Shown here piece after piece: positions 1 through 9,679 of a DNA stretch of 64,000 nucleotides. This stretch comes from Nitrospirota bacterium (lineage in GTDB: Bacteria > Nitrospirota > Thermodesulfovibrionia > Thermodesulfovibrionales > UBA9159): NCBI GenBank assembly GCA_963699545.1, contig CAVOUE010000005.1, positions 288,001-352,000 of the forward strand. Direction: 5' to 3'. Both the position numbers and the translations under genes were made by a program. The stretch's first letter is position 1. Each line of letters begins with the position of its first letter. The notes under the pieces are model-generated. The model was not told the origin of the DNA. It was given only the letters and a program-made list of their open reading frames with translations, and ran no database searches.

Positions 1-1
1 G

Positions 2-238
2 GAAGGATATAACGGCTGCAACATGCATGCATACAATGAAAAGGCCGTCGAAGCGGCACTATCGTTACGCCTTCCCTATACCGGCGGGTCCGATGCACAT
101 GCCCCCGAAGAGGTGGGCATGTGCTACACCGAGTTTGACGGCGGCATCGCAGACGATGATCTCGTCGTCTTGCTCAAGAAAGGACGTTACCGGGGCGTTG
201 ATGCACGGTCCCGGTTCAGGCGCTTTTCGCCTTATTGA
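2..238 (+). CDS. PHP-domain protein, C-terminal fragment (5' end outside window)
   Basis: Frame open from window start: EGYNG...N..A...GGSDAH, typical PHP/PHP-associated C-terminal motif. Confidence 0.75.
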   Translation, partial: EGYNGCNMHAYNEKAVEAALSLRLPYTGGSDAHAPEEVGMCYTEFDGGIADDDLVVLLKKGRYRGVDARSRFRRFSPY

Positions 239-1661
239 AGATGCCCCGCCTGGCCCAGAGCCAGAAGAGACTCCTGATGCTTTTGAAAGCGACCCCGAGG
301 TCATGGAGGCTCCTCAGTTCCAGGATCCTCCTGAAGATAAAGGAAGGCCTTGAATAGAATCTCCTGAAAGCCGTCTGCCGAAGTTTCAGTATCTCTTCCC
401 TTGTCATTGTGCGGGGTATGAACGCTGCGCCCTGATAGGTAAAGTCCGTAAGCTCCTGTGACATGGTGCCGTACTTTTCGAGGTTGTCATACAGATAGGT
501 ACCGGGGAAGGGCGTGATGGCGTGAAAATTTGCGATGTCAGGGTTGAGGTCGATCGAGAACTGAATGGTCTGGAGGCCTTCCTCGAACGTCTCCCCAGGG
601 ATACCAAAGATGAACGGCGTGCTGACCCTCAGGCCGACCTCCTTCGCCGCTTTCACCGCCTTCCGTATCTGCGGAAGGGTTGTGCCCTTCCGTATGGTGT
701 TGAGGTTCTTCTGGACGCCGCTCTCCGCACCGAAGAGAATTGCCCAGCAACCCGCCTCCTTAAATGCCTTGAGCAGCGGTTTGTCCACCTGGTTCACACA
801 TGCGGAAGCAAACCATGTGAAATCAAGACGCCTCGCCTTTATCTCCCGAGCAAGGTTCATCGCGCGGTCATAATCTGCGGCCAGGGTATCATCGATGAAC
901 TTGATCTCCCGGTATCCCTCTTTCAGGCAGTGCTCTATCTCTTTCAGGACATTCTCGACACTGCGGTAACGGATCCCGCTCTTCCTCTCTCTGTCCATCT
1001 GGAAACAGTATATGCATCTCCTGTTGCAGCCCCTCGAGGTCATGAGGACGGCTACAGGCTTCCTCCGGTACGTGGCAGGGGGAGGGATATAGCGGTTTGA
1101 ATCCCCCAAAAGTTCCCTGGCAGGAAAGGGGAGGGAATCAAGGTCAGTGATCAACGGCCTGGGAGGGTTCTTCCTGATGTTCTTTCCCTCGCGGTAAACA
1201 ACACCCATGACCCCCTCGAGACCTTTTCCAGACCGGAGCCTGTCGACCATCTCAGGGACCGTAAATTCTCCCTCACCGGTGACCACGGCATCAAGAGATT
1301 CTCCTGCATCCTCAAGACATCGTTCCTGTAGGGCAATGGGATAGGGACCTCCCGCACAGATGAAGGTCTGCCCGCACAGGCTGCTCCTGAAATCGCGGGC
1401 TGCCTGTTTCGCCTTTTCCCAGCCGAAGGTTGTGGAATATATGCCTATGAACTCCGGCTCAAACTCCCTCACACTTCTTAGGATCTCTTCCTTGGTCATG
1501 AATGCGCCGTTCAGGAACCTCACTTCATGACCTGCCTTCCGGAGCATCGCAGCAACATAAAGGGTCCCCAGGGGCTGCCAGTAGTTTATCTGCGAACCTG
1601 CGGTCTTCGAGGCGAATATCTCTTCCGGGACCCATGAAGGTATGACCAGTGCGCATCTCAT
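216..1661 (-). CDS. B12-binding class B radical SAM protein
   Basis: N-terminal cobalamin-binding-like region (PLG.LYVAA, GGPYP, GEGE) plus SRGC-NRR-C-IY-C; start placed at MRCALV (1661). Confidence 0.85.
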   Translation of the reverse strand: MRCALVIPSWVPEEIFASKTAGSQINYWQPLGTLYVAAMLRKAGHEVRFLNGAFMTKEEILRSVREFEPEFIGIYSTTFGWEKAKQAARDFRSSLCGQTFICAGGPYPIALQERCLEDAGESLDAVVTGEGEFTVPEMVDRLRSGKGLEGVMGVVYREGKNIRKNPPRPLITDLDSLPFPARELLGDSNRYIPPPATYRRKPVAVLMTSRGCNRRCIYCFQMDRERKSGIRYRSVENVLKEIEHCLKEGYREIKFIDDTLAADYDRAMNLAREIKARRLDFTWFASACVNQVDKPLLKAFKEAGCWAILFGAESGVQKNLNTIRKGTTLPQIRKAVKAAKEVGLRVSTPFIFGIPGETFEEGLQTIQFSIDLNPDIANFHAITPFPGTYLYDNLEKYGTMSQELTDFTYQGAAFIPRTMTREEILKLRQTAFRRFYSRPSFIFRRILELRSLHDLGVAFKSIRSLFWLWARRGIFNKAKSA

Positions 1662-1683
1662 AAGGGAATGCCTTCCCGTCTTG

Positions 1684-3168
1684 TCACTGCGTTGCCGCAT
1701 CGGCGGAAACAACCTCGTCTTTGCATACCGCTCCATATTTTTCCGGGATTACCTCATCGGTCGCAACCACCTCACCGCAATGACGCTTCCCTTCCCCACT
1801 TGTGTCTGTCTCCCCTATGATGGTCCCTGCCGTGCGTATTCCGGATTCAATGGCATGGTCCATGTTGTAGTATCTGAACATCCCTCCCCTCCCCGCGATA
1901 TGGAGGTTCCTGAACCGTCCCAGATATTCATACAGCTCATCACACGGTCCACTGTATCCCACTTCGAAGAGGGGGTAGGCCTCAGGTACCCTCACCACCA
2001 TGCTGTCCGTGACCTCGTGCCTCTTCATGAACCCGAGCGCCTCGAGGTTCTCAACCGCGATATCGGCCAGCCGTTCATCTCTCTCTCTCCATAAGGTGTC
2101 ACCTTTATAGCTGAAGAATTCAGTAACGAGAACTGTCTCGCCCTCCGGGGCCATCTTTTCGCTCCAGTTCGTCGGCTCATGAATTCTTCCAAAAGGTATC
2201 CTCTTCTCGGGGATGTAGATCCATGTCTGGTCGGTAACTCTCTTCCGCTTCACCATGACCGCAACGACCACCAGGTCTCTGAACCTGAGCTTTGAAGCAG
2301 CGGCCAGGACCCTTTCCGGCGGAGCGGGATCGAGTTTCTGCACGAGCTTTGTCAAAGGCATGCTTGAGATGAATTCCTCTCCGGACACCGTGGTCGCGGT
2401 ACCCCGGCTGTTCACCACGAGACCGTCTATCCTGAAGCCCGTGTGCATAATGCGCTCCACACATGCCCCCGTGACAACATCGCCGCACTTCTCTATCTCC
2501 TCCCTGAGCCTGTCGGAAATCCGCCCGATGCCCAGTGCCGGGTACAAGAACTCATCTGCAAGGGTCGGAAGATCCTTTCCGTTCAATCTGAAGAAGGCAT
2601 TCTTAACGGCTTTACCCAGAGAAAGTCCCTTGATACGCTGAGATACCCATTCCGCGCTTATCCTGCCACAATCGATCCCCCAGACCTTTTCGCTGTATTC
2701 CTTGAAATAGATATCGAACATCTTCCGGCCGAAATTGCTCACTACCCAGTCTTCAAGGGACAGGATGTCGGTCTTCTTCACCATCCTCCTGAGTCTTTCA
2801 GCGGCATAGTCGCTCATTATCCTGACTGTCGTGGGTATGCCCAGACCGAAAACCGCATTGAAAGGTTTCAGGGGATAATCGAAATATTTGCCGCGGAGGA
2901 AGATCTTGCTTTTGCGGGGGACGGAAACCAGCTCATCCTTCATCAGATCCATCACAAACCGGTCCACTGCCGGGTCCTTTGTGAAGAACCGGTGACCACC
3001 AAGATCAAAGCGGAAACCGTTCCGGACAATGGTCTTTGAGAGACCCCCCACAACGCTATCCCGCTCGAAGAGCCTCACCTTGAATCCGGCCCTGGTCAAG
3101 ACATACCCGGCGGAGAGACCGGTGAGCCCTCCCCCTACTATCAGTATCTCTTTTTTTTGATTGGCCAA
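1684..3168 (-). CDS. FAD-dependent oxidoreductase (protoporphyrinogen oxidase/amine oxidase-like)
   Basis: GGGLTGLSAG dinucleotide-binding motif, FDLGGHRF, C-terminal GRGGMFRYYNMDH. Confidence 0.8.
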   Translation of the reverse strand: MANQKKEILIVGGGLTGLSAGYVLTRAGFKVRLFERDSVVGGLSKTIVRNGFRFDLGGHRFFTKDPAVDRFVMDLMKDELVSVPRKSKIFLRGKYFDYPLKPFNAVFGLGIPTTVRIMSDYAAERLRRMVKKTDILSLEDWVVSNFGRKMFDIYFKEYSEKVWGIDCGRISAEWVSQRIKGLSLGKAVKNAFFRLNGKDLPTLADEFLYPALGIGRISDRLREEIEKCGDVVTGACVERIMHTGFRIDGLVVNSRGTATTVSGEEFISSMPLTKLVQKLDPAPPERVLAAASKLRFRDLVVVAVMVKRKRVTDQTWIYIPEKRIPFGRIHEPTNWSEKMAPEGETVLVTEFFSYKGDTLWRERDERLADIAVENLEALGFMKRHEVTDSMVVRVPEAYPLFEVGYSGPCDELYEYLGRFRNLHIAGRGGMFRYYNMDHAIESGIRTAGTIIGETDTSGEGKRHCGEVVATDEVIPEKYGAVCKDEVVSADAATQ

Positions 3169-3306
3169 ACGGTCCCCTGCTCCTGACTAAAGGGTAAATT
3201 TTATTATAGTAGTATTATAAGGTATTTGGGGGTTCGAATGCCCGGGGATTAGCTGATACGCATCTTAAGAATGGAGCATGTCCAAACACTTCGCTTCTTC
3301 ACCACA

Positions 3307-3345
3307 ATGAAAAAGCCCTGCGTAAAGGCCGCAGGGCTTTTTCAT
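3307..3345. terminator. Intrinsic terminator hairpin downstream of the USP gene
   Basis: ATGAAAAAGCCCTGCG-loop-CGCAGGGCTTTTTCAT inverted repeat with T/A tracts on both sides. Confidence 0.8.
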
Positions 3346-3363
3346 AATCATCAAACGATATCT

Positions 3364-3846
3364 TCACTCTACCTTTGCACCGCTTGGTACAAGCAAAACG
3401 GGTATTTCTGAGCTATTTGCCACTTCCCTGCTGACGCTTCCCATGAACAAGTGCGTCGTCCTTCTGCCCCTCGAACCGATAACGATCATATCAGCTCCCT
3501 CTTCCCTGGCGGTTGCGAGTATCTCTTCAGCGGGATGGCCTTTTCTCAATACGGTTCTAACGCCTGTTACGCCCCTCTCCTCCAATGCCTTCTTGTAATA
3601 ATTCAGGATCGTCTGCGCCTTTTTGTCCAACGCCTCCTGGTATTCCGTTCCCTCTAACACTTCCTTCAGGGTCTTCATTTCCGAAACGCTCAGCAGTTGA
3701 TCGTCCATTAAGGATCTGCCTTCAAGTTTCTCCACATAGACCAGAAGAACCGCCTCCGGACGTATGCAGGAACATACATGAGTGCACATTTCAAAGGCAT
3801 TCTTGGTGCCTTTTGTATCGTCTACTGCAATCAGTATTTTTTTCAT
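3364..3846 (-). CDS. Universal stress protein (UspA family)
   Basis: MKKILIAVD start; GHPAEEIL...ADMIVIGSRG...MGSVSREV..IPVLLV. Confidence 0.9.
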   Translation of the reverse strand: MKKILIAVDDTKGTKNAFEMCTHVCSCIRPEAVLLVYVEKLEGRSLMDDQLLSVSEMKTLKEVLEGTEYQEALDKKAQTILNYYKKALEERGVTGVRTVLRKGHPAEEILATAREEGADMIVIGSRGRRTTHLFMGSVSREVANSSEIPVLLVPSGAKVE

Positions 3847-3881
3847 TTTTTCCCCTGCCCTGTTGGTTAGTATGCGCCGGC

Positions 3882-4183
3882 CTACTTGCCCGTAGCCGCC
3901 CGCCGCCGGCTTGGACGGTGCTCCATATCCGCCTGCTGCAGAAGGCTGCCCCGTATCCGCCCGCTTTCGGAGCGGCTCCATACCCACCCGCTGCCGGCGC
4001 CGAGCCGTACCCGCCGGCCGCCGGCGCAGATCCGTAGCCTCCCCCCGCCGGAGCAGACCCATAACCGCCTGCCGCCTGTCCCTGACTGGCCTGTGCAGTC
4101 ACGTCATGCTGCTGGCTGTAAACCAGCAGAAACCCCAGCATTCCCGCAACGATCAATATCAAAACCACCAAAGGTGCTTTCAT
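3882..4183 (-). CDS. Small membrane-anchored protein with 7 (A/G)GGYG repeats; apparent indels near 3945 and 3890
   Basis: RBS GAGGAGG upstream; N-terminal hydrophobic helix; repeats continue in a second frame; probable TAG at 3882-3884. Confidence 0.65.
3889..4075 (-). repeat. Degenerate ~27-bp tandem repeat encoding AAGGYG(S/A)AP
   Basis: Seven units conserved at protein level with varied synonymous codons. Confidence 0.8.
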
Positions 4184-4229
4184 CGTACCCTCCTCGTTGT
4201 TTCATAGAGAGGCAACATTATTATCTCTC

Positions 4230-4481
4230 TTATCCCTTTTTGATCTTCAGATATATTTTGCCGCCTTCTGTCCTCTTATCCACTACCTCATGACCTACCT
4301 GATCACACATCTGGACTATTGTTTCAACAGACGAAGGATTATCAAGGACCACCTCAAGAACGTCACCCTCGGCCATTTTCTCGAGGGATTTTTTGCAGTA
4401 GATCTGGGGATGCGGACAGACATATCCGCAGACATCAAGCATATATGCTCCCTCACCTGTCTTTTCAAATTTCATAGCCAT
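4230..4481 (-). CDS. Sulfurtransferase TusA/YeeD family
   Basis: LDVCGYVCPHP motif, 83 aa, ends IYLKIKK; directly downstream of yeeE-like gene. Confidence 0.9.
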   Translation of the reverse strand: MAMKFEKTGEGAYMLDVCGYVCPHPQIYCKKSLEKMAEGDVLEVVLDNPSSVETIVQMCDQVGHEVVDKRTEGGKIYLKIKKG

Positions 4482-4517
4482 GACAAACTTCCTCCTTTAA
4501 TTTGTTTTTTTGTTATA

Positions 4518-5951
4518 TCAAAACTCGTCCATCTCCTTTGCCATCTTTCTCTCCGACCACCAGTTGAAGAACTTGACCCCGAAAAAAGCTCCGACTACCA
4601 TGCCTCCGCCGTACAACCATCCGCTCGGATCACCTCCGGCCACCCTGATAAAGAAGGCGCCGATATTGCAGCCGAGGGCAGGTCTTGAACCAACTCCCAT
4701 CAATACGCCGCCGATAAGACCCCAGGCAATAAGTTCGCCTTTCGGCAGCTTGAACTTGAATTCATTGTTCATCCGGGCCATGACCATGGCGCCGAAAATA
4801 ATGCCGAACGACATCCAGAGTGCCGGATTACGCCATGGCTCAGGAAGTCCGTTATTGATTCCGAAGAATATGTTGTTGTGCATATTCCAGCCGAATTTCT
4901 CCAGTATCCACGCCCCGAACTGCCCTTCCTGACTGGTGATATACCAGTACCCGGGGTCAAAGACAGTGCCCTTGATCGAGACATCTGCTTTATGACCCAT
5001 CCTTACGAGAAGCTCTCCGAAGTTCGTGACACCGAACTTGATCTGCATTCCCTTCATCACAAAGATATGGAGTCCGGCAACAATACCGATCAGCACACCC
5101 ATCAGAGTGGTCCTCTTGGACGCCGTTATCATATTCCATAAACCGGCAAGTTCGTCGCCGAACCCCATCGTTGCCCCACCCTTCGCCTTCGCCCTCTTCT
5201 TCATAAAACCTTTTCTTATGTAAAAGACATAGATAACAGTAAGGAGTATCGCCGCCGGTATAAGGGCATTCAGCAGCGAGTCAGCAACAAAATACTTTGC
5301 CGCGCCCGGCAGCGCATCAGAAACAGCCTTTGTATGAGACAATTGCAGTGTCGGCTGATCCCATATATAGCCGGCCAGATAGGTGTCAAAGGATGAGGTC
5401 ATTTTATCGGCAGGAAGTCCTTTAGCCAGCGCTGAATCTACCCATTTCTGGGGGATCAGGAAGTTAAACCATTTGACATTAACAAACACCGCCTGTCCGA
5501 TACAGAGTCCAAAAAACGCGGCTAAGAAAGATGTCCCGTTACCCTCACCTATTTTGTAGAGAGAGCCCGATGCGCAACCACCGGCAAGGACCATCCCGAC
5601 GCCGAAGATCATTCCTGCTATCAAGGTATGTATGCCGAACGGAGCAGGATGGAAAGTGCTCATATTGGTTGAAGCAAGGGTTGCCTGAATAGTACTGAAA
5701 AATATAAGCGCCACCAGAATGCCGACCGCCATTCTCGGGACACCGGCAGCAAAAAGGTCTCTCGAAGCCGAGGCAAAACAGAACCTCCCGTATTGAAGCA
5801 TCATTCCGTAGGCAAATCCGAACCAGATGTACGCCACGAGGTACATGTAATACACGTTTGTCTTATAGTACATCACGCTGATAAGGATAAGGATGCCCGT
5901 GATCAAGAAAGCCCAGATTTGTCCTTTTTTGTTATTGTCTTGATCCGCCAC
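4518..5951 (-). CDS. YeeE/YedE sulfur-compound (thiosulfate) transporter family
   Basis: Multi-TM protein with three conserved Cys motifs RFCFAS, GGCASG, GCNIG. Confidence 0.9.
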   Translation of the reverse strand: MADQDNNKKGQIWAFLITGILILISVMYYKTNVYYMYLVAYIWFGFAYGMMLQYGRFCFASASRDLFAAGVPRMAVGILVALIFFSTIQATLASTNMSTFHPAPFGIHTLIAGMIFGVGMVLAGGCASGSLYKIGEGNGTSFLAAFFGLCIGQAVFVNVKWFNFLIPQKWVDSALAKGLPADKMTSSFDTYLAGYIWDQPTLQLSHTKAVSDALPGAAKYFVADSLLNALIPAAILLTVIYVFYIRKGFMKKRAKAKGGATMGFGDELAGLWNMITASKRTTLMGVLIGIVAGLHIFVMKGMQIKFGVTNFGELLVRMGHKADVSIKGTVFDPGYWYITSQEGQFGAWILEKFGWNMHNNIFFGINNGLPEPWRNPALWMSFGIIFGAMVMARMNNEFKFKLPKGELIAWGLIGGVLMGVGSRPALGCNIGAFFIRVAGGDPSGWLYGGGMVVGAFFGVKFFNWWSERKMAKEMDEF

Positions 5952-6128
5952 CTTTAAACCCTCCTCTTGAATAGTGAATGGGATACTTGACCCCGTATTT
6001 CCCTGTATATTTCGACCCCGCTCCCCCTGTTATGTGTAGTGCCTATTGTTATAAAAGGGTCCGGCAAAAGTCAATAAATAGGCCCATAAAAAACTAAAAT
6101 ATATTAACATTTGAAACCTTATACCTCT

Positions 6129-7844
6129 TCACCTCGCCCCGCTTTGGGACGGCGTGGGAGAGTGTGCCATATACAAGGCAACCACGGTCCTGAAACTGAA
6201 TACCCCTTCATAGGTATCCAATTCGCGGAGCAATCGGTATCCCTTCAGTCTGTCCCGCACGTTCCCCGGGAGGGTTTCCACCGGTCCTGCTGAAAGCACT
6301 ACCACAGGGATGTTCCCCTCGGAGCATCCATCGCAGTCACGGTAGTACCGGGGGTTTGCGTATTCCCACGTGAACCGGAGCGGTGAACTCGCAGCCTCTT
6401 CCCCGCGAGGGAAAAGCCCTGGATCATAATCGTAGATGATCCTCTTCCTGGTAAACAGATCAAGGAGAGGTACAGCGACCGCCGGGTTCAATGCGGCGTC
6501 CTGCTGCGGCAGCGTATAGACCCGCGCTGTTCGCCCCTCAAGACCGTCCAGCAATTCACCGGCCTTCGCCAGGTTCACCGTGCTGATCTTGCCCAGAAAA
6601 GGACGGTACGCCATGAGCGAAACGGTAAGAGATGAAATGAGGGCACACACCACGATAAACCGCCGCAGATCACTGTCCCGGATCTGTTGCAGCCCATAGG
6701 AAGCCATTAACGCGACCATCGGGAATATGGGGAGTGTGTAGCGTATGCGTCTCACCTGAAAAACGACCAGGAGGATGACCAGACAGCTTATGATCGTATA
6801 CCTGATGTCCCTTTTCCTGAAGGCCACATAAAGGGAAGAGAGGCTTGCGGCAGCAATAAAAGGATGCATCTGGAACAGGAACGTCGAGATAAAGCTCTCT
6901 CCCCATTTCGCAAGGCCGGGTCTTTGAAAGGTCGTGAGCAGTCTGAGTTGCTTCAAGAAAACTTCATGCTTCAGCAGAACCAGCGATCCTGCCATAAGCA
7001 GACCCACCCCCATGATGAGCACCGACCTCAGAAAATATTTCTTTCTTTCCTGCGAAGGGGCCTGAATCAGATACACCACCCCAATGACCGGAAGCACAGA
7101 GAGCATCGGCCATGCGGAATACTTGGAAAAGATGACGAGGAAAAGAGAAGCGGAGGCAAGTGCCATCATCCACCCTCCCTGTTCAAGGGCTCTCAGGAAG
7201 GTAAAGATCGTCAGTGTCAGGAAGAACATTGTCGGAACGTCCACCAGCATAAGGGGCACCTGGGAGAAGAGGTACGGCATACCCAAAAGAAGTGCTCCAC
7301 CCATCAGCCCGGTTTCCTTGTCCCACAGACATTTTCCGATGAGGTACGTGAGGACAACGGTCATCGAGAAGAGAATGGCTGTAAAGACCTGCGCATACAA
7401 CCTCACCTCACCAAAGATACGGAAGACCATTCCGTAGAGGAAAGGCATAAGGGGCAGGTCCGTCCAGCACTGAATCGCATTCCCCCATTCCCTGAAGAAA
7501 TACCCGACCCCGTACAGCTCCAGATGTTTTGCCTGGGTGAAATACCGGGACGCGTCAACGATGACCTCAGGCGCCTTCCACCAGGACGCAGCGACGATAA
7601 AGGAGGTGAAGAAAAGAACAAGGGACGGAAAGCGGGGGGAATAAGAGACCTTCAGGAAAAAAAGGGCAAGGCCGATGCTGGCAGAAAGAACGGCAAATAC
7701 GATTGCGGGGCTGATTCCGTTGAAGACCCACTGCCAGCTGGTGAGCCTGTTGTCATCCGCAGAGCGTAGTGCAAAAAGGAATATGAAGATCAGGAGGCTC
7801 AGGAGGGAAACAACAAGGAATGGCAGGCGGATAGTGCGGTTCAC
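6129..7844 (-). CDS. ArnT/PMT-like GT-C membrane glycosyltransferase
   Basis: Many TM helices; D..RY..QA loop, P L.P..Y, LVD.P, SKY motifs. Confidence 0.7.
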   Translation of the reverse strand: MNRTIRLPFLVVSLLSLLIFIFLFALRSADDNRLTSWQWVFNGISPAIVFAVLSASIGLALFFLKVSYSPRFPSLVLFFTSFIVAASWWKAPEVIVDASRYFTQAKHLELYGVGYFFREWGNAIQCWTDLPLMPFLYGMVFRIFGEVRLYAQVFTAILFSMTVVLTYLIGKCLWDKETGLMGGALLLGMPYLFSQVPLMLVDVPTMFFLTLTIFTFLRALEQGGWMMALASASLFLVIFSKYSAWPMLSVLPVIGVVYLIQAPSQERKKYFLRSVLIMGVGLLMAGSLVLLKHEVFLKQLRLLTTFQRPGLAKWGESFISTFLFQMHPFIAAASLSSLYVAFRKRDIRYTIISCLVILLVVFQVRRIRYTLPIFPMVALMASYGLQQIRDSDLRRFIVVCALISSLTVSLMAYRPFLGKISTVNLAKAGELLDGLEGRTARVYTLPQQDAALNPAVAVPLLDLFTRKRIIYDYDPGLFPRGEEAASSPLRFTWEYANPRYYRDCDGCSEGNIPVVVLSAGPVETLPGNVRDRLKGYRLLRELDTYEGVFSFRTVVALYMAHSPTPSQSGAR

Positions 7845-7974
7845 AAAGATTAGATTATATGAAACCCCGCCCTCTTTTCAACATCCTGCCGATATTCGCA
7901 CGTTCACCTCTCTTTGGAAGGATTCCCGTGAATTCCAGGAGGCACCGCGTGATGCCTCCTGGAAAGGAAGACAG

Positions 7975-8472
7975 TTATTTTTCCACCGGGAAGTTCTTTG
8001 TGCCTGCGTTCTGTATCGCCTGCTGCATTATGTTGGCGCCAAGGTAGCCTTTGATCCATGCCGAATGACCAAACTGCATGGTGCGCGCATCATATCCGAG
8101 CACTCTCAAGGCAACAATAGGGAGGTTCTGGGTCTGGCCGGTGACGCACACGAGGATGATCTTCTTGTCCTTCGGAAGCTTCTTGAGGTTTTCGGCCTTC
8201 AGAAGTTCACTGTAGGGGATATAGACCGCGCCCGGCATCTTGCCGCCCTGCTGTCCAGGGGGGGTCGGTCTCACATCCACGATAAGGAAATCCGTCTTCT
8301 TCGCCTTGATCCAGGCATCCACATCATCAGGCTTGACCTGCCAGTGTCCCTCCGCAGGCCCCTTCATCAGGACATCATTGAATTTTTTCACCCACTCGTC
8401 CGCTGCGTAGGCAGGCGCGACCAGCGACAACGCCAGGAACAGACCCATGACAGCAATAAAACCTTTTTTCAT
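7975..8472 (-). CDS. Exported rhodanese-like sulfurtransferase
   Basis: Signal peptide (AYA-A); IVDVR, PGAVYIP, active-site loop CVTGQT. Confidence 0.85.
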   Translation of the reverse strand: MKKGFIAVMGLFLALSLVAPAYAADEWVKKFNDVLMKGPAEGHWQVKPDDVDAWIKAKKTDFLIVDVRPTPPGQQGGKMPGAVYIPYSELLKAENLKKLPKDKKIILVCVTGQTQNLPIVALRVLGYDARTMQFGHSAWIKGYLGANIMQQAIQNAGTKNFPVEK

Positions 8473-8543
8473 CTCTTGCCCCTCCTCATATCAGATTCGA
8501 GATTAACCCTTCTATAAAGGGATGGAACCGGTTGCGCTCAGCG

Positions 8544-8714
8544 TTACCAGGAAATGACCCTGTCGCTGGAGAATATCTCGTCGATGATCGCCTCATATGA
8601 CATCTCTTTCCTGGACAGGTCTACCACCTTCACGTCGTTCTCCTTGGACTGTACTGCTGTGATCTTTGTGGATAATTCTGTCGGGCCGTCATTCAGTATA
8701 TGAAGAATCTTCAT
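8544..8714 (-). CDS. 56-aa DsrH/TusB-like mini-protein (below ORF-track cutoff)
   Basis: MKILHILNDGPTELSTKITAVQSKENDVKVVDLSRKEMSYEAIIDEIFSSDRVISW; RBS AAGGAGG; directly after dsrE-like gene. Confidence 0.7.
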   Translation of the reverse strand: MKILHILNDGPTELSTKITAVQSKENDVKVVDLSRKEMSYEAIIDEIFSSDRVISW

Positions 8715-8729
8715 TTCGTTCCTCCTTTC

Positions 8730-9032
8730 TTACAGGACGATCACCCTGTCGGCGTCGTGCATCATTACGGCGTTGTTATACTGGCTGCCGCAGACGACCT
8801 CCTGGGGAAGACCCTCGGTGGCAACACCCATATGTTTGGCGCTGTGGTCACAGAAACTCGTGCTCACGCCCTGCATCCCGCAGAGCATCCCGAACTCCGG
8901 GGTGCCGAGAAGCTTTGTGCCGTCATCCATATTGAACAGGACCACCTCGTGCCCCTTTGCAACGGCCGCTTTGACAAGGCCCACCACATCGGCGAGATGC
9001 CTGTTGGTATTCACAAAAATGCCGAGCTTCAT
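8730..9032 (-). CDS. DsrE-family sulfur relay protein
   Basis: A...GHEV.LF.MDDG, FCDHSA, C-terminal ADRVIVL. Confidence 0.8.
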   Translation of the reverse strand: MKLGIFVNTNRHLADVVGLVKAAVAKGHEVVLFNMDDGTKLLGTPEFGMLCGMQGVSTSFCDHSAKHMGVATEGLPQEVVCGSQYNNAVMMHDADRVIVL

Positions 9033-9223
9033 AGAATTACCTCCTTTTTCGATCCTTTATGCAATAGCAGAGATTCACGACAGGAACCATTTCCGTGATA
9101 TATACCATACCCTGTCTGCCAAAGTAAAGCGGGAACCGGTCATAGCGGATAAGAAAATCTTATACACTCTTAAGCAGACAATACCGCCGGATGAACAGCC
9201 GTGCTGAGGGTGCAACAAGAGAA

Positions 9224-9679
9224 TTATTTCTGCTGTTTCTTTACCGTATCAAGGTATTTGATGAACACGTCCGGCTCCACGTTGTCAACAAAGCAGAGCC
9301 TCTTGCCGGAAGGGTCCTTGATGATGGTGCCGCCGGGTCCAAGAAAGAGAAGGAGGCAATCATTCTTGTAGTCGTACTGGTTGCCCAGTTTCTCCTCTTC
9401 AGCAGTGAGTTTCTTTGTGAGATCCACCCGGATAGGGATAAAATCGTCCATGATCTTCTTTGCTATGGCGGGATTTTTATACACTCCCTCCTCGAGCTTT
9501 TCACATCGAGGGCATCCCTTTCCAAAAAAGAAATCTACGATCATAGGCTTCTTTTCGGTCTTTGCCTTTTCCATCCCTTCCTGGAGGGAGAGCCATTTTA
9601 CCCCCGCCGCCCCGAAGGTCTGGGAAGATATGACCAGCACAGCAATGACCGCCAAAAAGACATATATTCTTTTGTTCAT
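9224..9679 (-). CDS. Exported thioredoxin-fold protein
   Basis: Signal peptide; W.SL.EG...AK..KKP..VDF, CPRC. Confidence 0.8.
   Translation of the reverse strand: MNKRIYVFLAVIAVLVISSQTFGAAGVKWLSLQEGMEKAKTEKKPMIVDFFFGKGCPRCEKLEEGVYKNPAIAKKIMDDFIPIRVDLTKKLTAEEEKLGNQYDYKNDCLLLFLGPGGTIIKDPSGKRLCFVDNVEPDVFIKYLDTVKKQQK

Noticed and set aside
3889-4075. Tandem repeats as a CRISPR array
   Set aside because: No unique spacers; degenerate coding repeat; no cas genes
9199-9262. Plus-strand CCG TGC TGA GGG TGC (P-C-stop-G-C) as another recoded TGA
   Set aside because: No credible start or RBS, and the continuation is antisense to the thioredoxin gene; probably chance
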